A DNA stretch of 63,763 bases, counting the filler, from Rhabdomonas costata (lineage: Eukaryota): NCBI GenBank assembly GCA_019059605.1. It is 39 parts of 39 records of this genome, joined end to end, with 100 filler letters (N's around TTAATTAATTAA, not from the genome) between each part and the next. Parts side by side here need not be neighbours in the genome. Positions count along the whole stretch, not along the records: positions 34,399 to 35,934 come from JAHMHO010013532.1; positions 36,035 to 37,571 come from JAHMHO010013533.1; positions 37,672 to 39,212 come from JAHMHO010013534.1; positions 39,313 to 40,850 come from JAHMHO010013535.1; positions 40,951 to 42,486 come from JAHMHO010013536.1; positions 42,587 to 44,123 come from JAHMHO010013537.1; positions 44,224 to 45,760 come from JAHMHO010013538.1; positions 45,861 to 47,396 come from JAHMHO010013539.1; 31 more parts are not named here. The stretch is one strand, 5' to 3'. The first letter of the stretch is position 1; the number at the start of each line of letters is the position of its first letter. Below the pieces are notes generated by a model. It was not told the origin of the DNA. It saw only the letters and a list, made by a program, of their open reading frames with translations, and made no database searches. This document shows positions 35,831-47,180 of the stretch, in pieces. A program made the position numbers and the translations under genes.

Positions 35831-36511
35831 CTGTCCAAAGGGAAGAGGGAAGTTTTAGAAGAGAGTATTCAACTGCATTCATCGTCTAAAGTCACTGTAA
35901 AGAACATAACTGTCGCTATTTTTTTTGGTAAATCNNNNNNNNNNNNNNNNNNNNNNNNNNNNNNNNNNNNNNNNNNNNTTAATTAATTAANNNNNNNNNN
36001 NNNNNNNNNNNNNNNNNNNNNNNNNNNNNNNNNNTGTTGGTTGGTGTGGCGCAGACACTTGCTAAAAAAATGCCAGTAATTGGGATTGACCTCATCACCG
36101 GGTCCTTTGTCACGGGTAGCCGACGTCACTACCTTTCCTGTGGATGCTCAATTGTAAGGATATCGATATGCTGGAATGGATGGGCTAATGCAGCTGCCCC
36201 TGCAGCTGCTTCTGCATTCACCACACTGTTGCTGTACTTTCTTTGGGCTGCCTTGACCCCTTTCGGTATGGTGCAGCAATATGGGGGACAGGCAGCATGA
36301 ACTCCTGGAGGAAGTCCGAATTCGGGACCAGATGCAAGATGCAGGTGCGTAGATGTGTGGCTGAAATCCTTGCGCAAAAAAAAAGGAAGCGCTTTTATAC
36401 GATCGGTTAAAATCACCCGCTGGTTAGAAGACACACCCTCGCTCCAGCCAGAGCGCCTTCACGGCACACAAACACACGCCCACAGCGACTTCTTTGGATG
36501 CACGCACGCAC

Positions 36512-36946
36512 CCATCTGCCCTGCCCTGCATCAGCAGCAGCTTCGAAGACTCCAGGATGGGTTGCAGATTGAACACGGTGACATAGCCAGCCTCATCCCC
36601 GGCGTAAAGCAGAAGAGATTCCGAATCAAACTGCATCGTCGTCCCCTGTGAATGGGCGGGGAGGGCGAGGCAAAGAGAGAGGAACACGGAGAGCAATGTG
36701 ATCCCTACATGATGATTGCCAACTTCACCTTTCATCAAGTTAATGGACTTCTCATGGTAGGGATCATGGTAGGGTGGGGAGGGGGGCATAAACCATGGGC
36801 TGCCAGTTCCGCGACGTTCGGGGTACGGTGCCCCAGGTTGCGAGCAGGGCGTAGGGGTAGGGGTAGTGGCTTAGACTCCAGAGGTACAGCTGCCCATCCG
36901 AGTCGCACCCCACGAAGCACCGCAGCCGCGGAAGCACCCGCACCAC
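36512..36946 (-). CDS. WD40-repeat protein fragment (exons ~36946-36794, 36645-36512)
   Basis: FVGCDSDGQLYLWSL..|..LLLYAGDEAGYVTVFNL are WD40 blade-type segments; a further exon is likely at ~36130-36340. Confidence 0.6.
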
Positions 36947-38127
36947 GACAAACTCGCGCAGCCGTGGGGGAAGCCCGGCGGCGCCCTAAAACCCCCAGGC
37001 CCGCTCCCCAGAAGAACCCTAGAAACCCACAAGACGATAAATCCAACAGTCCTGTAGGATCCACTGTGCGAGCACCCAAGCAGCGCACGTGTATGGGAGG
37101 GAAGCCCGCAAATGAAATTGGAACCACACTGCAACGTGCCAGCATGCAGTGTTTCTGGGCTCCAACCCTTAAGTCCCTTTTAGACCGTTGTGAGTCTGGT
37201 TACTGAACCTACAGTAATTTCAACTCATGAGAACTATCCCACCATGCATGGGCCGCAACAAGCCAGTCAACTTGAGTCATAATACCCATTACAGGTGTCA
37301 CGGTCCGGCTTCCGTTCCGGCTCTGGTCCCAGGGGGCCCATACGGAAATCACCCAGCCAATAGGATGCAAAATCTGAGCCAAAGAAAGCGCCCTCAAGGA
37401 AACGTCGGGTACGTTTTTGTCCCACAACAAAATCCATTCCATATTAAAAACTTCACAAAAAGGCGAGAAGCAGGGAGGAACGGACGAGGAGGAAGAGAAC
37501 GAAGGGCGACACATACACGCAACCAAAATAAAAAACTCCCAGCGGTGACCCCGGGCACCGGTCCGAACCACNNNNNNNNNNNNNNNNNNNNNNNNNNNNN
37601 NNNNNNNNNNNNNNNTTAATTAATTAANNNNNNNNNNNNNNNNNNNNNNNNNNNNNNNNNNNNNNNNNNNNGTGGTGGGTGTGTTTGGTGGGTGGGGGTT
37701 TAAACCTTTAGCTAAATGTTTTTGACTTTTTCACATTTGGGAGTGTGGTTGCTGGGCAAGTCCGCAGCGCGGCCGGAGCGAGCACACTGCCGTTTTGCAG
37801 TAAACAACCGAATCGGACTCTTTGGGGGGAGGGGGGTATTTTAGGGCACGTTAATGAAAATGTGTCAACCTCTGCCTCTGTGTGCATTTATTTTGGCAAA
37901 TTGGGGTTAGGAATGCAGTTTTTTTAGGAGGGTTGGGAACATGATGACCGTTTAGCAGTGCTAAACGGTCATAATCGCCCAAGCTCCAAAAAATACAACA
38001 GGCTTTCTTAACGAACATCACAAAACCATGTGATTTAGGTGCAAGACAATACCAGAGGCCCTTTTAAACATTGTAACACGTAGCCCGCAAGATCATGGCT
38101 GAGTTGTCCAGGCACCTGCAGGCACAC

Positions 38128-38620
38128 CTCTCCACTGGAGGGCAGGTCACAGTCTTATTTGGGTTGCAGCGGTACTGATGCTTCAGGGTGTTCAGCAGCG
38201 CCACCGCACGCTGCACCTCAAAGTTCGGCGCGTCGGAATGGAAGGTGAATCCTACGCGCCCCCCCCCCCCGCATGCTGGGGTGCGGTTCGGGAGGCACAA
38301 CACCACTTTTCGCAGATAAAATGAACATATTGCAATCGCGCATCGCCAATTTAGGAATGACTCAAAAAAAGGGAACCAACAAGAACGTCAGCAAAGGAAG
38401 ATGTAAAAGTAATGTGTCCAACAGCGCCCAATCCCGACTCAATCCCGACTCGACGATTTCTTCCTTTCCCTCCTCGTTGCAAAGAAAATACTCTGTTCCT
38501 CCCGCACCCCCCGCACAAACCGTCCGTCTGAAGCTTTGCGAGCGCAGCGCTGGAAGGGCGACCCACCACTGCAGCTGGGGTAGCGCCCCCCACGTCCGCG
38601 GTGGTGTACACTGGGGAGTC
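38128..38620 (-). CDS. Two exons of an uncharacterised protein (~38620-38521, 38251-38128)
   Basis: A phase-1 GT-AG join gives ..AALAKLQTD|GFTFHSDAPNFEVQRAVALLNTLKHQY..; no family recognised. Confidence 0.45.
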
Positions 38621-39395
38621 AGCAATTGTCACGGAGCTGCAAGTACCAAGTCGAGAGAGAATGATGAATGAGAGATAGCTAGAGATAAATGATGAGTAAC
38701 TTCACGAGTGGCGGAAAGAGAGAAATGGTGCATGTGGTGTGTGTGTGTGTGTGTGTGTGTGCGTGTGTGTGTGTGTCTGCTGAAAATCACAGAGGCCCAA
38801 TGAAGGGCACCACAAGACACAACAAAGGAAGGGAAAATGAACAGTATTTCTTCTGACGGCTTTCTGGACATGTGATTGAGGGATGAACCTTCGGCCTCGG
38901 ATTCGTAATACAACAGGAAAAAGTAGTTTTCCACCCACCCACTCGGTTGTGGAAATCTGGGAGCACAGCGGCACAGGGTCAAAGAGATCCAAGCATACGT
39001 CATTCGGCGGGGAAGAAGCTTGGGATCTAAGTGAGAGACGCACTCCAAAAGGCACGCACTCCTTGTGTACCCTCTGGCCAACCTCTACTCAGGCAGCAAG
39101 GTAAACATTTTCAGGACCAGACGAAGACGAGTGGTACTTCGCGCACCGCTTGATGGACCGAAGCAGGAATATTGGTGAAGAGAGACATCCAATGTGCATT
39201 CACCACCACACANNNNNNNNNNNNNNNNNNNNNNNNNNNNNNNNNNNNNNNNNNNNTTAATTAATTAANNNNNNNNNNNNNNNNNNNNNNNNNNNNNNNN
39301 NNNNNNNNNNNNGGGTGGGGGGAGTGAAGAACCCCTCATGCATTCTCTACACGTGTCTCTTCACTCACTCCACCCCCATAAGAGGCTTACGGGCA

Positions 39396-39803
39396 TGCTC
39401 CGTCCTGGCGTAGCCACAGGAAGAAGATACCGGTAGAGGTTGAAGGCATCATTCTTACACCCAGAAGGCATGAAGGTTGAAGGCACGTATGCATGGTCGG
39501 AAGGGCATGCCGTAGTAGAGTGTCCCCAAGGCGAGGATGGTAGTGCGTCGGAGTCTGGCATCGTGGGTTCAGGCATGCGTAGGTTTAGGCATCAGGCATC
39601 TTAGCACCCTCTGAGTTCAGCATCTAGGATGAACGAAGGAGCGTAGCGACTGAGTGACGACATCAAGAACCCCCCTTGAGGCCTTTTACACCCCTCATTA
39701 GCTATACGTGTCACTACGCACCCTTCCACCACCATAGGGATGCTTACAGGGTGCTCCGTCCTGGCGTAGCCACAGGAAGAAGATACCGGTAGAGGTTGAA
39801 GGC
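39396..39803. repeat. 52-bp identical direct repeat within a diverged ~360-bp tandem unit
   Basis: TGCTCCGTCCTGGCGTAGCCACAGGAAGAAGATACCGGTAGAGGTTGAAGGC at 39396 and 39752. Confidence 0.85.
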
Positions 39804-41579
39804 TAAGGTCACGGAGCATGGGTGCGTCAGCGAGCCATTCGGAGTAGGAGGGAAGGTTAAGGCATCACGTGAAGCCCTCAGGTTACGTAAAGGCAGCATC
39901 TACGTGTCCCCAAGTGGAGGGTGCGTAAGGTATCGGGTATCTGGCATCGAGGGCATGTCTGAGGCACGAAGGCATTACAGAGAAGGAAGGCATCTGCGAT
40001 AGGAATGCACTTTACACACCCTTAGCCTCAGAATCTCTCAACACCCCTTAAACCCCTCCACAGAAACATGAAGGCCCTCAGAACTCACGCATCACTCTCA
40101 CACTCAGTACTCAGCTTGGCATCAGGACACTCACCACACCCTCAGACTTCAGACCTCGAGACGTAAATTCTCACCCCTGGCACCCAAGAACCCTCTGACA
40201 CCCTGAGAACACAAAGCGTAGTACAGTCATGCATCGAGACACTCACAGAACTCACACCCTCCAGACCCTCACACACCCAAAACGTGACGCTCCAACTCCA
40301 AACACCCCTCCTGACACCCTGAGACATGACAGCCTAGCAACACCAACACCCTCGCAGCAACCATCAACCCCTCACCTTCCAACACGTGACCTTCGAAACC
40401 CTGACCATCGAAAACACGAACCCATGAACCCAAGGCACCAACATCACCAAGTACATCATTAGCGCAAGCAACCATCACGTCACCAACCCTCACAGCCCCA
40501 GCCACAGAATTCCACGCAGCAACTTCCAACATCCCTCAACACACGGAAGCAAGCACACCATCAAGCACAACATCAACGCTACCCTCCACATCCACCGTAC
40601 CAGCCAAGCCACCAACCACATCCTACGCACAAGAAACAGAGAGCATGGTTGAAGGAATCGGAACACACACGGAAGGCACAGACATCGCAGCGTAAACCTA
40701 GCACTCCACCACAGCATCAACGTCACCACCAACACCCTCAGCGCCTCGAACCACCACACCCACCAACTGCAACACACCCTCCAACCCAAGCACATCCACA
40801 GAGCCATGAACCAACGTAGCAGCAACACAACACGCAACAAGCAACACAACNNNNNNNNNNNNNNNNNNNNNNNNNNNNNNNNNNNNNNNNNNNNTTAATT
40901 AATTAANNNNNNNNNNNNNNNNNNNNNNNNNNNNNNNNNNNNNNNNNNNNGGGTTTGGGTCTGCGCCGTACAGCGGGGGTTGTCCGCGCCGCACACAGGC
41001 AAAGTCGGACACCGCAGCCCCTACTTCGTCCCAGTGAGTCCGCAGGACTTCCTTCCGCTCTGTGTGTTTGGGGCTCGTCAGACCCTCGACCTCGACCCAC
41101 CTTTCCCGCGATGTCGTGGAAGGCGTTTTTGCCCTCTGACGTTTTCGTAGAGTTACACAGGTTACATTGTTCGTTTGTTTCGGTTTCCCTCATTGTGCTT
41201 TGAAAGGGCTTTGATACGGGTGGCGAACTTCTCCTGGATCGGAAAGTCGGAGATCTCCAGGACCCAAGAGTTGGAAGGGTTGCGTTGAAGTTGTCGTAAA
41301 CGCCTCGTTTCTCGATCGCATAATCGCAGACTTCGGCAATTGCCTGGCTTTTTGCGGTGTTTTTGTAGGGCCTTCGGTTTCCTGAAGCCACCCAATCCAA
41401 TAAATGGGAAACAGAAGAGGGACTTTTTCATTTCTTGCTCATTAACGTTTCAATTCATAATCATTTGGTCGTTTTCTCGCTCTGTATTTCAACGTTTTTT
41501 TGTCGCTTTGTGTTTCGTTTTGCGCTCCTGGGAAGGTGTTTATGATCGTTTTAGCTTGCTCTGTGATTACTGTTTGCAT

Positions 41580-42157
41580 ATGGGATGTTTTAGCAGTAAG
41601 CCCGAGAGAAGGATCTCTTGGGTGTACGTCCATGGGTTCATGGGGCGAAGGCGCCCACACCAATTGCCTCTCCCGTCGCCCTCGGTGCCTTCCATCCGGA
41701 GCCTGCAGAAGTCAACCCTGCGAGTACGAGCCAGGATGTGAAGGTGGAAACTCAGGAGGATGCTGAACTCTTCACAGCACTCGAGCTGGGAAACGCCGCG
41801 GAGCTTCACGCCGTGCATACGCGCCGCGGCGTTCACCCGAGGAGCTCCAGATGATGTACCGGCAGTGGGGTTCCATTGGGTCGGTGTCAGCTGCCTAACT
41901 TGGGCCGAGCCATCCACCGGAAGCACCGCTCTACACGTCGCGGGGGCATACCCATGCCCTGGTGTAGCTCCTGGAGCGCCGTGGGCATTGACGTGCGGAA
42001 AGGGCAGAACTGGTTCGGAGAGAGCCCGGTGGAGCTGTGCCATAGAGGCTGGGCGGATCACCCTGGGTGCTTGCAGGCTATTGAAGCCTACGTAGGCAGC
42101 GAGATTTCTGTGGCCGATGACAATGAGGCAAGCCGGGGTGTGGTGATGCGGACCTAA
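41580..42157 (+). pseudogene. Frameshifted, intronless ankyrin-repeat gene with an N-terminal acylation motif
   Basis: Starts MGCFSSKPE; ELFTALELGNAAEL, TGSTALHVA and GIDV..QNWFGESPVEL are ankyrin-like pieces lying in different frames. Confidence 0.6.
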
Positions 42158-42696
42158 AACCGAGGCTTCGCTTGGCTGGTGGCGATCAGTCCTTTGATTG
42201 GCGAACGCAATATCCCTTTCGACCGCCGCAACGGCGGCGGCGGCAACAGCTGGTGGAGAGAGGGAGGGGCCTTCCAGGCAGGCAGCGATAGTTATGTACA
42301 CGGTCGAGTACTTTGTGTACCGCTCCGTGTATGCAGTTTTGCGGGACCGTGATGAGTCCAAGGCCCACCTCGCCCCTTTTGTTCAACTGCTGTAGACCGC
42401 CGTCCGGCAGCTTGCTGAAACAAAACCCCACAAAGAAAGGTGAGGTGCTTCCGAACCCTAAGCTTGAGGCTTTGTACACCCCACACNNNNNNNNNNNNNN
42501 NNNNNNNNNNNNNNNNNNNNNNNNNNNNNNTTAATTAATTAANNNNNNNNNNNNNNNNNNNNNNNNNNNNNNNNNNNNNNNNNNNNGTGTTGGTTTTCTC
42601 GGGACCGATGCTGGTGTGAAAGCCTTGTAGTTGATTCGAACTGCAACCACCCTCAAAACAATGGAACTGGGAAGGTGTATCTGCGGATGTCTTCAG

Positions 42697-42885
42697 GTTG
42701 ACGAGCAGAACGAGCAGATCAGTGAGGTCCTGCAGTGCGCGCGGAGCAGCACGGACCTCCTGAAGCAGTCCGCGCAGCTCATCCAGCAGGCCACCCGCCG
42801 CGGAGTGACCTTCCGCCTACTGGTGGTGGCCTCGCTACTGAGCTTCTCCCTTTTGCTCCTTCTGCTGCACTCCGTCGTTCCGTGA
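42697..42885 (+). CDS. Syntaxin-18/Ufe1-like Qa-SNARE, last exon (SNARE C-terminus + tail anchor)
   Basis: VDEQNEQISEVLQCARSSTDLLKQSAQLIQQATRRGVTFRLLVVASLLSFSLLLLLLHSVVP*: Q-layer heptads followed by a C-terminal TM, with a CAG acceptor. Confidence 0.72.
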   Translation, partial: VDEQNEQISEVLQCARSSTDLLKQSAQLIQQATRRGVTFRLLVVASLLSFSLLLLLLHSVVP

Positions 42886-45199
42886 AAAGGGGGCCGGTCC
42901 CTGCGAGCCCCATCTGGCCGCCGTATAACGGTGGGGATGTTTTCCCCTGCCACGGGATGACTTCCAAAACCTGCCAAGCCGAAAAAGTTGCCCCAGGAGC
43001 GCTTCGGGTGATGCAGGGAGTTCGAAGAGCAATTGGCTTCTGCAGCGTCGCCCTACATCTCGCCTTCCCTCGGACTTGGCCAGCACGTATCTTAACCTCT
43101 CTGCGCGACTCTCGGAGGAGTCCTGAGGAGGCAACTTCCACATTTGTGCTTCGACGTGCCTTGTTTCTCTGGGCTGCCAATGGAGGTTCTACCCAAATTT
43201 TGGATTTGATTCTAACGGCTCCTGGATAGCGGTCTCGGGAACCATAGCTTAATGGTACGCGTCTTTGGGGCGGGGCTGCTCCTTCTGCCTTTCTTCTTGT
43301 AACTCTACCACGTTTACGCCCGTATACACGAAGCCGGTCCCTCTAGAAACATCCAGCAAAGGAGCCCCAACCGAAGACCACAGCAAGACATATAGTGCCA
43401 GCACGCGGGAAATCACAGATTTTCAGGGCCAAGTTACGGGTGAGGCCCGGGATTAATCCAGGGCTGTGAGGAGGCGGATGGCGTGCAGGCTTCTCATTCT
43501 TTCCCGCTTAATGGCTTTGTTTCATGCTGACGGTGCATTAGGCTTTGATCCGTAATGGGTGCATGCGGTTTACTTGTAGCTGAGAGTTTGAATTTTTGTG
43601 GCGGAGAGGGCAGATTCGGTCTAGGCATTTGTTCTCAAAAGACAGGATAAAGAGAGGTTTCCAAGAGGCTTAAGAAGCTGGGTTCAGGGCCTGTGCGAGG
43701 GTAGCAAAAGGGCGCTTGTGATAATTTGCGTAATGAGGATGTGGCCGAAAAGGCGGTTGCGTGGTTTCTGGGTTGACGTTATTTCGATTTTCAAGGCTGC
43801 GGTGGGCTGCAGCGTCGTGATTGAGCCTCTGTTAATTTGCTGGGCGATGGCAGGGATGTGGTGGTGTGTCCGCGGTAACATTAAACATACAGATCCCGAG
43901 ATGTTTCGTCAAAAGCCAACAGCTTTGGGTTTATTTCAGCATTTGGTTTTGATGTTACCTGAGTGATCCCCAGCTGTCCCCAGCTGTGCCTAAAAGATCT
44001 CTTCAACAATTTGTTATGATGGGGTGTTGATTGCCAATTTTGAATTTCTCTACCAAGGTTTGCCGCGCCTACCAAGGCGGCGTCGAGTTCGTGCATGATT
44101 TTCCCGCAGCACTTCCCACGGACNNNNNNNNNNNNNNNNNNNNNNNNNNNNNNNNNNNNNNNNNNNNTTAATTAATTAANNNNNNNNNNNNNNNNNNNNN
44201 NNNNNNNNNNNNNNNNNNNNNNNGGGGTGTTGTCAAGATCGGTCGTCGGTCTTCTGTCGTCAGAGAGACTCAGGACACGTAGGAGAGTGTTTGAGTGGAT
44301 AAAGATATGAACCGCACATTGGTGGTGTTTGTAGCCTTCAGAATTTTTGAAGTAGTTTTTTAGAGAGTGGATGGAGTCGTCGATACACAAGATTTGTGAT
44401 GAATGGCTGTCCAGAGTGAAGAGCGTTGTTGCTTCAAGTGCAGAGATAAATTTTGTTGGTGAGATGAGACTTAGTAAAATATCAAGAGTTGATGAAGTTG
44501 TGATGCGTTTTGATAAAGCCAGTGGAGGAAGTCACTGGATATGTATGGGAGCAGTTAAATGGAGAGAACGTTGAAAACAAAGGTAAGCAAGAGCAAGATC
44601 ATATGATCGAGTCAAGTCGTGAAAAAGTACAGGCCGAGTATATGACGCAATGTCAGGCAGAAAATGAACGCTAGAGATGAAAATTGGAGAGAAGGACAAA
44701 CCACCCGAGCAAAGAAGTGAGAGAAATGATTGGGAAGGAAAGTGGAAAAGACGAAAAAGCAGGAAGTCACGGCAGCGGAAGGCACTGGTTAAAGGAGGGC
44801 AACCAGCAGTGAGAGAGAAAAAGAGATAAATGGCACAGAAAATATAGCAGGCTACACCGTAAACTGAGACTTTTAACCACGGCATACCACAAGGTGACGC
44901 TAAGGACAACCGGCATAAATATCGGCTAAAAAGACTTCTGTTTGAAATGTAACATACTAAGGAGGTTTAAAGTGTATATCCCCATAATGGTCTGGAAACC
45001 GACGCCCCGACCTCGGGTAATTTTTGGTTGAGTTTTATTTGGGTATACTTTGGTTTTGTTGTGCTCTTTGGTTGTGATTTTAAAGCTGTTTACCCATTAT
45101 ACAGCCAGGATAAAGCAAGGTAAGTGTGTATTGCTGAATCTTCTCACTTCCGCTGTACTGTGCTCTGGTTTCGTTCTCTTCTTTTGCCTTGTTTTTGAT

Positions 45200-45560
45200 G
45201 TAGAAAGGCGTATGTGGACGGATGGGTAGATACAAGACCTCCAAGACACCATTTTTCAGCGGAACCATCGAAAGCATAGGTATTGGAACAAGCCAGCAGC
45301 CATCTGAAGCCACAGCAAGAGAATTCAAGCTAAACCACCCATATTGCCCAATACCTACACCCCCGCCTCAGCTAAAGAGCCAAAGAATCCAGATAGAGTA
45401 AGCAAGCGGGGAGCCGAAGAGCACGACGCCACATATGCCAAAGCGAGAAACAAAGACATGTCCCATGCGGCGGCGACAGACCGCAGCGCACAAAGTGAGG
45501 AAGCAATACAGGGATCTGGATAAACTCAGCCCCGTTCTTGGTGTTTCCAACCGGGTAAAC
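45200..45560 (-). mobile_element. Possible decayed CRE/SLACS-like non-LTR retrotransposon fragment
   Basis: Remnant motifs ..ICGVVL..*GGGVGI.. then ASDGCWLVPIP, resembling GGLGI and A.WL..P downstream of RT; stops are present. Confidence 0.3.
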
Positions 45561-46849
45561 AGCTGCAGTGCCCACTTAGTGCAAGCTAAGTCGTAACACA
45601 TGCTGTCAGAATTGGATTTCAAAGCGTATCTCCACTAGCTCCTGAGGGATAGCAGTACCAGCGCAGCGAAGACGCAAGTGTACACGCTAATAAGAGCATG
45701 GGAAAGCGGCGACGTAGCGACCAAGAATTATCGGTAGTAACATGAGCGTACGCCAACCCCNNNNNNNNNNNNNNNNNNNNNNNNNNNNNNNNNNNNNNNN
45801 NNNNTTAATTAATTAANNNNNNNNNNNNNNNNNNNNNNNNNNNNNNNNNNNNNNNNNNNNATGGAAAAGCAGAGAGAGAGTGGGGGGGGGGATTTCAGCC
45901 TTGATGTGCAACCCTCATGTCATGGACAACAAAGAACACACGAGGAGGCAAATGTGGAACAGCACAAATCACAACAGCGACGAGAAGATGTTGACAGTGA
46001 GACTCATCTGCACAAAGCAGGAACGCCCTCGAGGTTCCATAAAACAAGTCTTCAGTAAGGCGCACATTTGAGCAAAATTGGACCGATACGTTGGAATTCA
46101 TTCACCTTATCGCCAACACCATTCTTTTCTATGAAAATGGCCTTTTTTGAAATCAACACACGCAGATCGCATAAAATAGGGTTGAAATTGGGTTCAGTAA
46201 CTTTTGATTCCGAACTTTGCTGGCTATTCCACAGCCTCCAAGGGTTCTTAAAAAATGAAACGTAAAATTGGTTCCTACCATTCGCCAGTCTTCCTCGCGT
46301 GCACCGAACCTCGGCAGCGGTAGTAATAACACTTTGGCACCCGTCCCGAAATCCCCGTTTACCTGCTTTTCAAACACCACAATAAATAAGTACACTGTTT
46401 TGGCGACATACGTTGTCGCAAAGTACCTAATTTTGAAGTTTTCACTCCATCTGATCATGGCGGTATTGAATTCAATTTTGGCTTTTTTTTTCAGAATAAA
46501 AACTTTTTTCAAATTGTTTCAAACGGTTTTCTCCAACTTGCTAAAAAGGAGTTACGCTCATGCACTGTGATCTGGCATCGGAAGCAGCTAGTTCGGTGGA
46601 TCCATTTTTTCGCTGTGGTTGGTGAATATCTGCTCGTATTTATGCAGAAAAAGGGTGCGCCACAAATTTCACCAAATTGGGCAAGCTTCTTGGCTCCGCG
46701 GGGTAGTGAAAAACGGGAAGATGCCTGGGGTGTCAAAAAAAGTCAACTTTCATCAGCAGACGAAGTGGTCTGGAAGCGCCTTCTCCGCAAGCCACTAGTT
46801 GGAGGGGGGAGCACATGGGAAGTGCTTGGCACAGATCGGCCAAGTCTTC

Positions 46850-47180
46850 CAATGGGAGTGTCCAGCCCTCCGTGAGCTCTTCAGAGAGCACCAGGGTGGC
46901 CAGCCCCTCAGTCGCCAACCGCCACCTCCAGGTGAAGACCGCTGCCGGTTGATTAGACACTGCGCTTTGGATGCCAAGTCCTCCATACTTGAGGGGAACA
47001 TGACCTGCAGCGGAATGGATTCTGTAAATGGGAATGCGGACAGTTTTTCCCACTTTGCCATGGCTGGTCGATTTATCGAGCTGGCTGGTCAAAATTGCCT
47101 CAATATTGACCGGAGGAGGTGCACAAACCGACAAGCCCCGGTTGCACATCCGACGAAGGAGGAATGCTGACCATCCACCG
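46850..47180 (-). mobile_element. Decayed non-LTR retrotransposon (CRE/SLACS-like), post-RT region
   Basis: CRFVHLLRS followed, after a frameshift, by HVPLKYGGLGIQS..PAA, matching the R..HLLR and LP...GGLG motifs after the RT domain. Confidence 0.55.

Noticed and set aside
40000-40850. Long A/C-rich tract and its ORFs (similar tract at 48700-49033)
   Set aside because: G and T are progressively lost toward the contig end, consistent with repeated G/T-primer mispriming or low complexity; no domain is recognisable.
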